From positions 62,001 through 119,506 of the forward strand of contig CAUYUJ010000020.1 of the NCBI GenBank assembly GCA_963575745.1: 57,506 nucleotides of DNA, written 5' to 3'. Both the position numbers and the translations under genes were made by a program. This DNA is from Prorocentrum cordatum (Eukaryota). The notes under the pieces are model-generated. The model did not search any database. It was not told the DNA's origin and saw only the letters and a list, made by a program, of their open reading frames with translations. Below, one piece after another: positions 25,341-38,755 of this stretch; position 1 is the first letter of the stretch; each line of letters begins with the position of its first letter.

Positions 25341-25842
25341 GCAGGCCCACGGGGCGAGGCGTGAGAGGAAGTGCGGAGGAGGAGGAGGAGGAGGAGGAGG
25401 AGGAGGAGGAGGAGGAGGAGGAGGAGGAGGAGGAAGGGGAGGAGGAAGGAAGAGAAGGGCGGACCGCGGGGTGCGATGCAGTGGAGGCCAGCCCACAAGA
25501 GAGCTTCCGCGAGGAGCCCCACCCTGGAACCCCGGGGCGTCCATCGGTTTCTGGTGGTGGGGGGGAGCGCCACGCCGTCCACGGCGAGGCCGGCGGAAGC
25601 GCAGAAACCCGGGGCACCCTGGAGGCAGGCGGGGCGTTCCTTGGCATGGGCCCCCCCTGTACTCTGGTCCTCGTCCTCATCACCATGACCATCCCTCCCA
25701 TCCCGCCCCTTGCCGCCCCACTCTCAACATCATCGGCCTTGCCACCACCCGCGGAAGGAGGAGGTGGAGGAGAGAAGGGGAGGAGGGAGGGAGGGAAGGA
25801 GGGGGAGCATAGCATCCCCACCGAGGTCCCCGCTGCGACGGC

Positions 25843-25875
25843 GCAGGCGAAAAGCAGGGACGCGGAGCGAGCCAT
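25843..25875 (-). CDS. Exon 1 coding part: MARSASLLFAC
   Basis: ATG at 25875 in gcaATGG context. GC donor TGC|GCCGTCGC, and this 8-mer is repeated at the start of exon 2. The donor could slide 3 codons in frame. Confidence 0.7.
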
Positions 25876-25946
25876 TGCGCAAGCTTGCCCGGCACTTGAC
25901 GACTGAGCGCGCGAGGTAGTGAAGCAAAACGCTCGCCTCAAAAGAT

Positions 25947-25956
25947 CTTGAGGCAA
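25947..25956 (-). promoter_or_regulatory. Spliced-leader-like trans-splice acceptor or relic (TTGCCTCAAG) about 70 nt upstream of the ATG
   Basis: Matches 9 of 10 nt of the 3' end of the dinoflagellate SL (DCCGTAGCCATTTTGGCTCAAG) and is preceded by a pyrimidine-rich stretch. Confidence 0.5.
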
Positions 25957-28029
25957 GGGAGGTGTGCACTGCGGTTACCCCGCGCCCCTCCTCTCTCCTT
26001 CTAGCCCATCCTCCCTCTTCGCCCCTTCCTCCTCCTCCCTCCCCTCCCTCCTCCCTCCTCCTCCACGTCCTCCTCCTCCTCCTTCTCCTACCTCCTCCTA
26101 CCCATCCTCCTCACTCTTTACACTTCTCCTCCTCCGTCGTGATCCCACTCCTCCCCCTGCTCCCAACACCTTCGATGTCGTGATTGCTCCCCGACGTGCA
26201 CCCCTCGAAGTCTGCACCTTTTCCACAGGATCGGCTTCTGAAGCCGAAACGTCGTTGACAGCCCTGGGGCCCGGTAAGGGCCCCCGAAGGCAGAAACCCT
26301 CGAAACAAATTGCACCGAAATTGTTCGCCACGCAAGAAGGTCCCTGTCCTCTCTCCTCCATTCATTGTCCTTATAAATAACTTTCCCCTGTCGCACCCAG
26401 AGGCCAGTTTTTGGAGCGGGCTGGGTGTTTCGCCTGAGATTTCCCCACCATTCAGGACCCTAAAGCTTAAAAATGAGCAACAGTTTCACAAATGGATGGC
26501 GGGTCGTTTTCAAAATGTCTCGCCTTAGCGCCGCGCGCATTCGTTTTTTAATGTGTAAGGGTTTTACGGAGTGAGGGCGACTCGTTTTTCTAAATGTAGT
26601 TATCGCTTTAGCGCAGCGTACATTCGCTTTAAAAAATTGCAAGAGCTTCACGGGTTGAGGACGGATCCTTCTCAAATTGTGGTTCTCGTCTTAGCGCCGC
26701 GCACATTCGTTCTTGACAGTTGCAAGAGTTTCACGGATTCCCATGATCAACGTACCAGGTATGGTGTTTGGGAAGGATTCGTGATTATGAGAGCGCAATT
26801 GTTACGTTGACTCGCGGTGTTGAAGTCCCAGGAATGACGTTCTTGCATGATTCAGGGTCGTCAAGATGAACCAGTCAGGTTGATCCGTGGCGTGGGAATT
26901 ACAAGAACCATGTTTTGGCATGCTTCGGGGTCTTCAAAAGGTTGTCTTCCAACGAGGCAGAAATGATACGTTGTAGGGGCCTGTGAAGAGGGAGCGTGGA
27001 GGGGGGGTCAGTTCGAACATCGTTGATGACTCTTGGGTTTACACTGGTCCTCATCCTCCTCCACCTCATCACCATCATCATCAGCATCATCATCATCAAC
27101 ATAATCCGCATCCTTCTTCTCCTCCTCCCTCCTCTTCCTCCTCCTCCTCCTCCTCTTCTTCCACCTCCTCATCATCCTCCTCCTACTGCAACCCGTCACC
27201 TACTCCTCCTCCTCCTCCTCCTTCTCCTCCTCCTCCTCCTCGCCCTCCCTCTTCCTCCTCCTCCTCCCCCTCCTCATCCCCCTCCTCCTCCTCCTCGTCC
27301 TCCTCCCAACCTCCTCCCCTCCCTCCCTCCTCCTCCTCCTCCTCCTCCTCCCAACCTCCTCCTCCTCCTCCTCCTCCTCCTCCTCCTCCTCCTCCCTTTC
27401 CTTTCTCCTCCTCCTCCGTGGCAGGCTATCCCATCAGGGAGCTCGCATTGGGTGGCCTCGCGGTTTGACCCTGCGCCCGACCATCAGCCTGCCACCATGG
27501 CCACCGTGGGCCCCATGCACAGCTGGGCGGTCATGATGCACACTGGGGACGTGGACCTTGCCATGATGCAGTTGGCGTGGAGGTCTCAGTTTCGCGCGGT
27601 CGCCTCGGTGGACCCCGATGTCAGGTTGAAGCATGTTCGTGGCCCTGCTGGTGCCTGTGCTCGATCGTTGCTGGTGCTGGGCTGGAAGCGTTCCTCGGCC
27701 TTCAACGTATGCACGCGGAACGGTGAAGCTCTGGACCTGAGGGAGGTGTCCCCAGCGTTGGTAAAGTGGATCGCTCTCAAGGGCTACGAGGCGTACATGG
27801 TGTACGAGGCGTATGCTTGGCTGCAGTGGTCGATGAGCTCGACGTCACGTCATGCCCGAGATCCCTGGGCCCTCGCACGAGGGCCCTGCAGGCGCCCGGC
27901 GGTCGCCGATCCGTGGCTTGCTACACCCTGGTCCTAAGGCGAAGAGCTGGGTGCTGGATCCGGTGGCGAGGGCAGCGTTGCGTGCTGGGTGGTCATTTCT
28001 CGCAGCGGCGTTTGCAGCGGTATGCTTAT

Positions 28030-28267
28030 TGACTACCTACCAGACCACCCCAACCCAACCCGAAGACCCGAATTTGACCCCAATTTCGGGTTGGGTTGGG
28101 GCAAATTGAGGGCTTCGGGTTGGATTGGGGTGGTCTGGTAGGCTTCGGGTTGGGTTGGGGTGGTTGCAATTTGCATGTTGGTCAGGCCTGGTCGGGGTGT
28201 GCGTATTGACCAAGGGAGGGCAAATTGAGGGCTTCGGGTTGGGTTGGGGTGGTTTGGTGGGTGGTGA
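28030..28267. mobile_element. MITE, 238 bp, 36-bp TIRs (4 mismatches), 5-bp TSD CTTAT, inserted in the LINE ORF
   Basis: TGACTACCTACCAGACCACCCCAACCCAACCCGAAG matches the reverse complement TCACCACCCACCAAACCACCCCAACCCAACCCGAAG. CTTAT lies at 28025-28029 and 28268-28272. Excision restores the reading QRRLQRYAYAEDGNCQYC. Confidence 0.9.
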
Positions 28268-28489
28268 CTTATGCCGAGGACGGGAATTGTCAGTACTGCC
28301 CTGAGGTGTGTCATCACAGGTGCTGGGCTGGTCATGCATTCAATGGCTTGCGAGAGCACGCGGTGGGTGATGCCATTTGGGCAGCAGCGCGCCGCACAGT
28401 CCCTGGTGATCTACTGTCCCCCTCGCAATGACAGTGGTGTTTGGTGCTATGATCGTGGTACCAAGGCCGAGGACTGCTTCAGCGTGACG

Positions 28490-28950
28490 GGCTCAATTTT
28501 CACCGACGGCTCCTGCAAGAAGCTCCTGTACTGGGACGTCGCCGACCGTGCTGGCTGGGGCTTCGTGGTGGTGGGGGACGGCACGTACTCGGGCGCAGCC
28601 TTCGTGCCTCTCCCTGGGCTTCGCCACTTCTGGGCGTGCTGAGCTGTACGCGGTGCTGCAGGTTTTGACGGTGGGAGTGGCCCCGCTGCTGATCTTCACC
28701 GACTACATGCCACTACTGAAGGGTCTTCAGCGTGGACGGCGATGGTGCTGCTCCCCGAGGCGCTAGAATGTGGACCTCTGGTATCGGATCTACCACTATG
28801 TGGACGATCATGGTGGGGTGACCCTTGGTGATGATGCGGACGTGCCTGTCCGCGTGACGTACGTCAAGGGCCGCTCCAAGGATGACACCTGGGAGAGGAG
28901 GTGCAACGACCTGGCCGACATGGCGGCCAAGAGGAGGCGCAGGATCCACG
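28490..28950 (+). pseudogene. RNase H (type I-like) domain with a frameshift and a stop
   Basis: IFTDGS..RAGWGFV, SGRAELYAV, IFTDY..LLKGL, *NVDLW, VTYVKG and NDLADMAAK place the D-E-D-D catalytic residues in the expected order. Confidence 0.85.
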
Positions 28951-30234
28951 ACCTCCCTCTAGCCGTCGTGGAGGCGCACGCCGATGCCCTGCAGCACGTG
29001 CGCCAGGTCGCCGCGTGGGTCGGCACGTCCTCCCGCATGGTCTTCGACGGCACCGTGCCGCCCGACTGCGACCATGTGCCCAGGCGCCGCGCTGCCCCCC
29101 TGCGCCGACGCTGGGAACAGCTGCGGGCTGAGCTGCCAAGGGTCGTTCGAGCCTGCACCCCAGGGCGGGCGCGGCCGCCTCACCGTGAGGCCCTCGCCTT
29201 CCCGCACCTGGTGCGTCGCAAGGGCCGAAGATGGTCCTGCGATCGTCGCTCCGCTTTCGCGGTCTCCGCCAAAAGCGCCTCGAGACTCAAGCGGGGTGTT
29301 TGCAGGATTGCCGAGGCGGCGGCCCTCCGGGGCTTCGAGGGCGTTTCGCTAGAGGCTTCCCGCGTGGCGTCGGGCTCCGTGGGATTGGGCGCTCTGGAGC
29401 TGTCTGCGGGAGCCGAAGGCCCCTCCGAGGCCGGTGCGGCGGCCGGCCCTGATGCGGCCGCCGCCGACGACGAAGAGCCGCCGCCTCTGGCTACCGAGGG
29501 CCTTGAGCAGTCCCTGGCTTTTGAGCGGGTGGGGTCCAGGACGGAGGAGGAGCACTGTGACGAGGACCTTGAGGAGGTGGCGGGACGGCGGGCCAAGGCC
29601 GCCCACCCCCAAGGCTCCGAGGAGCACGTGCCCCCCCCCCCCGCTACCCGTGCGCGCACCAGGCCTCCCGCCGACGGCCCTGGTGCCCCCCCCCCCTGGT
29701 GGGCCTCTGCCCTGCATGAGGGCTCGGGCCTCTGGGGGTCCGCGGCGGGGTTTGTCCTGGGCCTCGCGTGCTGCTGCCCTCCCTGACGTCCCCCTCCCCG
29801 CTCAAGGCCCTGTCGAGCCTAGTAGCTCACGAGGGCATCATGTCTGCCTTGCTGGGGCCACCCTTGCATTCTGCCTGCGCTGCGGCGCTCGGGCCCAGCC
29901 GTCGGCGTCTCGGTTGAGGCTCTGGGGCCACTGCGAGAGCATTGCATCCAGTAAGGATGCAACCTACCTTAGGTCCCTAAGGTGGGCAAGGACCCCGTCA
30001 CGGGGGAGTGGCGGGGGGACCCCTGCCCACTTCTCTCTTCTGACGATGCATGCTTTTGGCTTCGTCTTAGATAGCCCCCTCTGGGTCATTTTCCTCACCG
30101 TCGTGTTGCGCGCGCTCGTCCTTTTTCCTGCTATTGGCCTGTCTTTGCTTCTGTTATGCGCACTCGTTGTCGGTCTGGTCGTGCCTATTCCTCCTTCTCC
30201 TCCACCTCCTCCTCCTCCTCTTCCGCATCTTCCT

Positions 30235-31535
<1,301 letters not shown>

Positions 31536-33794
31536 TCCTGATGTCTTCAAATACTGCCTCCGCCTCATCCCTCCTCCTCCTCCTCCGGTGCTCGAAGGTT
31601 TGCCACACAACGGGCTGAGCTGGCACGGTTGTGATTTTCGCCGCAAGCTCCTGGACGTCCCCCTGTCGCACCACCAGACGTGACCGTAGGTCAGGCTGGG
31701 CCTTTCGCTTGAGACCACCCCACAACCAACGATCTCAAGCTAAGAGACTCCAACAATTACGACGATGAAGGACCAGCCGTTTCCAAAATGCAGCTCTCGC
31801 TCCGCGCACATCAGTTTCAAAAAAAACCCAATAGATACAGGGATGGAGGGCCGGTCGTTTTCAATTTGCCATTCTCGCCTTGTCGACGAGCATACTCGTT
31901 TGGGAAGTGTCCAACGGTTGAAATGATGGATGGCTGGTCGTTTCAGAATGCGGCAACCGCTGGATGTTTACTCAATTTCTACAAACCGACGATCCAAATT
32001 GTACCACCGCTACGCAGATGGAGAACGGCTGTTTTTCAAAACGGGACTATCGCTTGAGACTGCCACCGGTTTTCTGAACAGGACCCTTGAGACTATGCAA
32101 TGCGTACACGGATGGAGGGCAGATCCTGTTCAAAATGGGGCCGACGCTGAGCACTGCCTTGAACTTTACCTACGTCACCGTACCCCTGTCAGTTTCTCTG
32201 AGCTTCAGGGACGGAGGGTGCAGCCTTCACGCAGCGAGGCCTCGCCCGAGGAGCAGGCCCGCCGGGCGCTCGTCACTCAAGGGGACGTATGAGGCGAGGG
32301 CTTGCGACGGGAGGGTTCACTGCAGCATCCCCCCTGCTGCCTCCTCCAGGAGTTACTGCGATCCTCCTCCTCCTCTTCCTCCTCCTCCTCCTCCTCCTCC
32401 TTCACCTGCTCCCCCTCGTCGTCTCCCTCGTCGTGGAGGCGACGCCCACCTCCTCGCCCACCTCGTCCAACTACCATTCATCCTCCTCCTCCTCCTCCGC
32501 CTCCTCCTCCATGTCCTCCTCCTCCTTTTCCTCCTCTTCCTCCTCCTCCTCCTCCTACTGCTCATCCTACTCCTCCTACTCTCACTTCTCCTGTTACATG
32601 TCGTCCTGCCCCTACTGCTCGTACCACATCCACTTCCCCTCCACGCCTAACCTCATCCCTCTCTTCCCCTCCTCCGCTCTAGCCAAGTCCGCATTGTCCT
32701 ATCCCGACTCCTGCTATCAGTTTCTATTACAGATCATCTTCGTACTTCTCCTGCTGCTCATCATGCTCTTAGTCCTTAGTATGCGCTGCACTCCAGATCC
32801 ACATCCGTTCCTGACTCTGGAGCACCAAGGAACGCGAGGCCAGTCCAGTCATGACGACCAAATCCAGATCCACCTCCGTTCCTGACTCCTGGAGCACCAC
32901 GGAACGCGAGGACGGTAGAGTCATGGCGACGAAAGGCCCTCGGGAACCCTCTCCAGCAGGAACGCTTCAAGGGGCCCACGAGCCTGGAAGGGACGCAAGT
33001 CAACTGATATGTCACCACGTCTTTAATAGAAGACGAAAAAACGCATAGACGTAAAACCACATATGAACAAAAACGTATCGTGCGAGCCAACTAGTCTGAT
33101 AAGAAACGAAGGGGAAAACATGCGATGTACACTGAGCCCGAGACCAGAACGTGCATCACATGGGAACCAATTGCGATTCGATCGTGCATCGACACGGTAA
33201 TAAAAGATCAGTAAAATAAAATAAATTCATTTTTAACAACGGAAAAACTTGTCGCGCTCCGCGCCGTGCACCAAAAGTGTATGTTCATGGCGTTTTCCTT
33301 CTTCGAATACACGAGTTGAGCCGTACGACGGCATGTTGTCGTTTGGAATTACGCTGTGATCCGTCCTATGTGGTTTTGCCATTGCACTCTGCTAGGCTGT
33401 GCCATGCTGCTATATGGTCGACCTTTTCGATGCTTATGTGGTACACGCTTCCCACACTCACGCGTCTCCTCCCCCTCCCACGCCTCCGCCCCCACATCAT
33501 CCTGCTCCCCCTTACTATCAGTTTTCATCAGTCCTCCAACCCTCTTCGTCCTTACCGCCCCTCCCGTACCTATCTCCCTCCTCCTGCCGTTCCTCCTTTC
33601 CTTCCTCCACGTCCTCCTGCTCCTCCCACACTCAGAAGCCCTCCTCACCCTCTCCTGCTCCACCCTCTCTCCTCCCTCCTGCTCCTCATCTTCTTCCCCG
33701 TCCTCCTTTCCTCGGAGGTGGCGACGCGAAGCATCGCTGCGACCACCCGATCCCTGCCGGGCGGTGGCCGCACCCGCCTGCACACCTGACAGCA

Positions 33795-35360
33795 CGTGCT
33801 GAATGCACGCGCGTCAGACGCGTGGTTCATACCGCCCTCGGGCCCGCATTTGCACACGTGCAAATCCCCAGAACACACGAATGCCGCCCCATTGTTCGAC
33901 AGTGGCGCCCACACGCTTCAAAACACATGTGACAGTCGCGTGCTCAATACCCCTCCGCTTCGCAAACAGTTTTCCACGCGTAGAGAATGTGCTGGACGCG
34001 TGTTCGAGATCGCCCGTGACGCCTGCACGTTCGAAAACATGTGCCCAGTGAAGACGAGACAGCCGCATGTTCCACACCCGCCCCCTGGGGTACGTAGTTC
34101 TACGTGTTCAGGGTCTGTCAGCCGCACGTTGCATACCCCCACCATGCGCCTAGATACCCAAAGCCGCGTGACAACTCTGCGCGCGCCCGACGGCTGCTCG
34201 AGATCCCCCTCCTCTTGGGCGTTTATCTTCACCCGTGAAGGCCCTGCCGCTCGCATGGTGGGACCACCCACCCCTCTGGTGCGCCTACATTCGCGAGACA
34301 AGTGCACGCGAGGCGAGCGCGCGAGCGCGCGCCTGGACCACGTGCAGTATCCCTCCTGGGGAAGAAAATACACCCTGCGAAATGCTTTAGAAATCATGGG
34401 TTAAGAAATTCATAGTCTCAGAGTTTGAATAAAAACCCAGATGGCCTATCAAAATCTTAAGATTTACATTGAAACGTTAAGAATAATCGAGACTCTTGCC
34501 GAAGACTTAAGTTTTCTTAAGCATCGCCTAAGGTGTATACCTGCGCGCGTGGAGAATCGGCGAGCCGCATGTTCGATACCTCCTCCCCATTGGCGCCCGC
34601 ACAACTGGAAGCATGTGCCAAGCGCACGCGTGCCGGGCTCGAATTCTACGCACCGCCTTGGGCGCGTACTGCTACATTTGCAGAATCCGCCGTCCGCATG
34701 TGCGACTTCACCGTTCGCGTCTACACCAACAAAACGCGTGCCGAACGCACGAGTACCAGACGCATGCTCCTCCGCAGGCGTACCCCCGTTTGTGAAGAAT
34801 GTTATGGCCGCGTGTCCGATACGTCCCCATTGGCGTGCGCAATTCAATCCACGTTCCAAAAGCACGCGTTCCAGACGCGTGTTCGATACCCCCACGCGCA
34901 CACAAATTCCGATGTGTGCACAATACTTTGGCCTCTTGATCGATACCTCCCCCTTATGCCTACACATGTGTAAAACGTTTCAAATACACGCGTGCCAGAC
35001 CCACGTTCGATATCGGTCCAAACACGTGCAAAAGACCGCGTGCCAGACGCATGATCGATGCCATCCAACGCGCACCCTCTTTGCAGCGAATGCGCAAGCC
35101 GCACCCCGCCTTGGCGGTAGCACATGCGAAAACACGTGCCGAACGCATGCGTGCCAGGCGAAGATTCGATCCCCACGTCCCTCCGTGAAATTATTTGCCC
35201 GTGTGAGGAACCAGCTGGCCGCTTCTTTGATGCTCCCATTCGCGTCTACACATGTGAACCCGCGAGCCAAACGCACGCGGGGAAAACGCATGTTCGATAC
35301 CCCCACTCTGTGCACGGAGTTTGCCGGGTGACGACTCCACCATCCGCATGTTCAATATCT
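33795..35360. repeat. Highly degenerate ~60-bp minisatellite with core ACGCGTGCCAGACGCATGTTCGATACCCC
   Basis: Core variants at about 33940, 34000, 34065, 34567, 34810, 34878, 35003, 35288 and 35346. Confidence 0.7.
34371..34535. mobile_element. AT-rich MITE, 165 bp, CACC...GGTG ends, TA TSD (Tc1/mariner-like)
   Basis: TA-CACCCTGCGAAATGCTTTAGAAA matches the reverse complement TA-CACCTTAGGCGATGCTTAAGAAA. It is an abrupt AT-rich island within the GC-rich minisatellite. Confidence 0.65.
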
Positions 35361-35994
35361 CTTTGGGCGCGGCGATAGTTCCCGATGTCCTCACAAACGG
35401 TATTCAACTGGAGCCATGAAAATTGCACAGATCGAGGCGCAATCATCCACAGCTGGTGGGAGAGAAAGAAAAAATGTTCAACATGTGCACGATTTAACAA
35501 ACACTGAAAAAAAGGTTACTACGAAGTATTTTCCAGGCAGGTCGGCCTACTAGCTGCGGCCTGCGAACGAATTTCTCTCTAACTCAGCTTACCACTTTGT
35601 ACTGGTCGTGGCAACTTGTGGGGTACACCAGGAGCAAATGGGGCACGAAGGTAAAACAGAACAGAGCGCGAGGGGGGAAGAGAATGGAGCCACTCACACC
35701 ATGAAAGCCGGAGCGAGGATACTGTGGAAGATGTGCGTGGGAGCTGCATACGAGCAGCGGAGGCCTAGGCCAGCTTGATGTGGAAAGCTTTGGCGAGTTA
35801 CAGGGCGCAAAGACGTGGGGGGCCACGAGCGAGCAGCTTATCACACGAGCTTTCACAGAATGTTCGATACCCTTTCGGCGCCTTCATGAGTGAGCGAACG
35901 TGCCAAGTGCACGCCGAGGCGCATGCTCGATGGCCCCCCTTCGGCGCCCTGCTGCCCTCATCTCTCATGTGCTTACGCGTGGGGAGAACCACCG

Positions 35995-36030
35995 TCATCA
36001 TGATCATGATCATGATCATCATCATCATCG

Positions 36031-36072
<42 letters not shown>

Positions 36073-36626
36073 GCAGCATCATCATCATCATCAACAGCAT
36101 CATCATCATAGTAAACATAGCTATAATAGTCATGATACTAGGCATATTAATAATAATGATATCAATGAAAGTAGAAATAATAATTACTATGGTAGCAATG
36201 ATGATAATATGAATGATGATGATAATCGAAAATGGTATTCATAATCATAAACATAATCAGCATCATCATCGTCATCATCATCACCATCACCATGATAATA
36301 ATCATAAAAATATTAACTGTACTACTCATGATCAGAACAATAATATTGATAATGGAAGGAATAATAATCATCATCAGCAGCAGCATCATAATCATCATCA
36401 TCATCATCATCAGTATCAGCAGCCTCATCATCAGCATCATCATCATAATCACGATCATCAGCATCATCATCATCATCGTCGTCATCATCATCATAACGAT
36501 TATCATCATCATAACAATCAGCATCAACAACAACAGCAATAACAACAGCAGCAGCAACAAAAACGACAGCCTCAATAGCATCATGATCATCATCATCAAC
36601 AACATCAACATCCACATCCACATCAT

Positions 36627-36673
<47 letters not shown>

Positions 36674-36860
36674 CTATCATCATCACTATCCTCATCACTG
36701 CATTACCACTGCATCACCACACCAGCACCACCATCAAAAACACCCATATCATCAGCATCACCATCATATTTGTCATCTACATCAGCATCATCATCATCCT
36801 CATCCTCACCATCACCATTACCATCATCAGCAGCAGCAGCACCATCAGCATCATCGTCGT
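35995..36860. repeat. Imperfect (CAT/AAT)n microsatellite
   Basis: Direct reading. Confidence 0.95.
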
Positions 36861-37292
36861 CAACTTTACACCCCTCCGATTTCAGGCGAAGCCCCGACAA
36901 CTAGAAGAGAATCCCTGGCCCACGCCCGTACCGGGAACAAGAGAAGTATCCTCCTCCTCCTCCTCGTTCTTCATCATGTCTCCGCTTTCTATTCTTTCAA
37001 CAAAAAAAATCTGGACCTCACGACCCCTTTCTGGGGACCAGTTCTTCAACCCATGCCATATTTTGACAGCCCCAGGGCCGAAACGTGCTTCCGGAGGCCC
37101 AAACCAAGAACAAACCGGCCGCCGTGACTCTTTCGCGACGCCAAAGGTCTGAGCGCAAGCGTCAAAAACCGAGACGGTGCGCTCGGGCCAGAATTTCGAG
37201 GCGAAACCAGCCGTGGCGACGAGACCTTCCGGCGGGCCCCAAGGGAAAAACAAAGAAGAAGCTTCACGAGCGATCAACATCGAATCGATAAA

Positions 37293-37545
37293 TCGACTTG
37301 GATCGGAGCGTGCGTAGACACGGAGCCGAGTCAGCACGGAGTTGGAATCGAATCGGATCAGCCACGCTGGGATGCACAACATCGCCATGTGCAAGCCACA
37401 AATCGTCGGAAAATCGGCATCGAATCGGATCGGGCTGGCCGAGATCGACATCAAACCAGATCGACCCGATCGAAATGGACGCACACACACACACACACAC
37501 ACACATTCTACACTGCATCTCCGCTCCGACTCCGATCCCAGTCGA
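37293..37545. mobile_element. Degenerate MITE-like inverted-repeat element with TC...GA ends and an ATCGA-rich interior
   Basis: TCGACTTGGATCGGAG matches the reverse complement TCGACTGGGATCGGAG. No clear TSD. Confidence 0.5.
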
Positions 37546-37784
37546 TGCTGCATCCAAGGAAATTTAGCCCGAAGAGCCCCTAGGGGGCGAAACACGTGTA
37601 TGGATATAGTCAGGGGCTGACCTCTGGAAAAACAAACGAGGAAGGCCTGTTGCAGCTAAACGCTGCCTACGAGAGGCTCGCGTTCAGAATACGGAGCCGG
37701 AGAGAAAAGAAAAAACATCCATCTATCTTTTCGCTTGAGGAACGATCCGAAACACGACCGTGACTTGCATCAAAGGCGCCCAAC

Positions 37785-38755
37785 GCAGCGCTTCGCGCTT
37801 CGCGCCAAGCGCGAGGCGAGGAAAAACTTCGCGTCCTCGCGCCGCCCCCCGGGGAGAAGAGGAGGCTGAGAATGATGAGGAGCCGGACCGCGAAGCGCGA
37901 AGCGCGAAGCGCGAAGAACGTTGCGCCCTCGCGCCGCCCCCAAGGGGACACGAGAAGGATGAGGAGGAGGAGGAGCCGAACAGCGCAGCGCGAAGCGCGA
38001 AGAACTTCGCGCCCTCGCGCCGCCCCCCAGGGGACACGAAAAGGATGAGGAGGAGGATGAGGAGGAGGAGCCGACCAGCGCAGCGCGAAGCGCGAACAAC
38101 TTCGCGCCCCCATGGGCGCCCCCCCAGGGAAGAGGAGGAGGAGGAGGAGGAAGAGGAGGAGGAGGAGGAGGAGGAGGAGGAGGAGGAGGGAGGAGGAGGA
38201 GGAGGAGGAGGAGCCCGCGAAGCGCGCAGCGCGACGAACTTCGCGCCCTCGGGGGCGCCCCCCCGGAAGAGAGGAGGAGGAGGAGGAGGAGGAGGAGGAG
38301 GAGGAGGAGGAGGAGGAGGAGGAGGAGGAGGAGGAGAGAGGAGGAGGAGGAGGAGGAGGAGGAGGAGGAGGAGGAGGAGGGGGAGGAGGAGGAGGAGGAG
38401 GAGGAGGAGGCCGACCCGCGAAGCGCGCAGCGCGACGAACTTCGCGCCTCGGGGGCGCCCCCCCGGGGGAGAGGAGAGGAGGAGGAGGAGGAGGAGGAGG
38501 AGGAGGAGGAGGGAGGAGGAGGAGGAGGAGGGAGGAGGAGGAGGAGGAGGAGGGAGGAGGAGGAGGAGGAGGAGGAGGAGGAGGAGGGGGAGGAGCCGAC
38601 CCGCGAAGCGCGCAGCGCGACGAACTTCGCGCCCTCGGGGGCGCCCCCCCGGGGGAGAGGAGGAGGAGGAGGAGGAGGAGGAGGAGGAGGAGGAGGAGGA
38701 GGAGGAGGAGAAAAAACAAAAAAACGCGAAGCACGCAGCGAGAAGAGCTTCGCGC
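37785..38755. repeat. About 8 copies of a ~50-bp partly palindromic GC-rich motif separated by variable (GAG)n tracts
   Basis: CGCGAAGCGCGCAGCGCGACGAACTTCGCGCCCTCGGGGGCGCCCCCC variants near 37800, 37889, 37981, 38077, 38215, 38416, 38601 and 38725. Confidence 0.85.

Larger units (their letters stand above)
27420..30190 (+). mobile_element. 5'-truncated, decayed non-LTR retrotransposon: post-RT region, Cys motif, RNase H and C-terminal Cys/His motifs
   Basis: Motifs in order: VRGPAGA..SLLVLGW; GGHFSQRRL..CQYC..HHRCW; RNase H; HLVRRKGRRWSC; GHHVCLAGATLAFCLRCG. Flanked by (CCT)n on both sides. No RT catalytic motif is retained. Confidence 0.75.

Noticed and set aside
37785..38755. CRISPR-like palindromic repeat-spacer array
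   Set aside because: The spacers are (GAG)n of widely varying length rather than unique sequences. There are no cas genes, and the context is eukaryotic.
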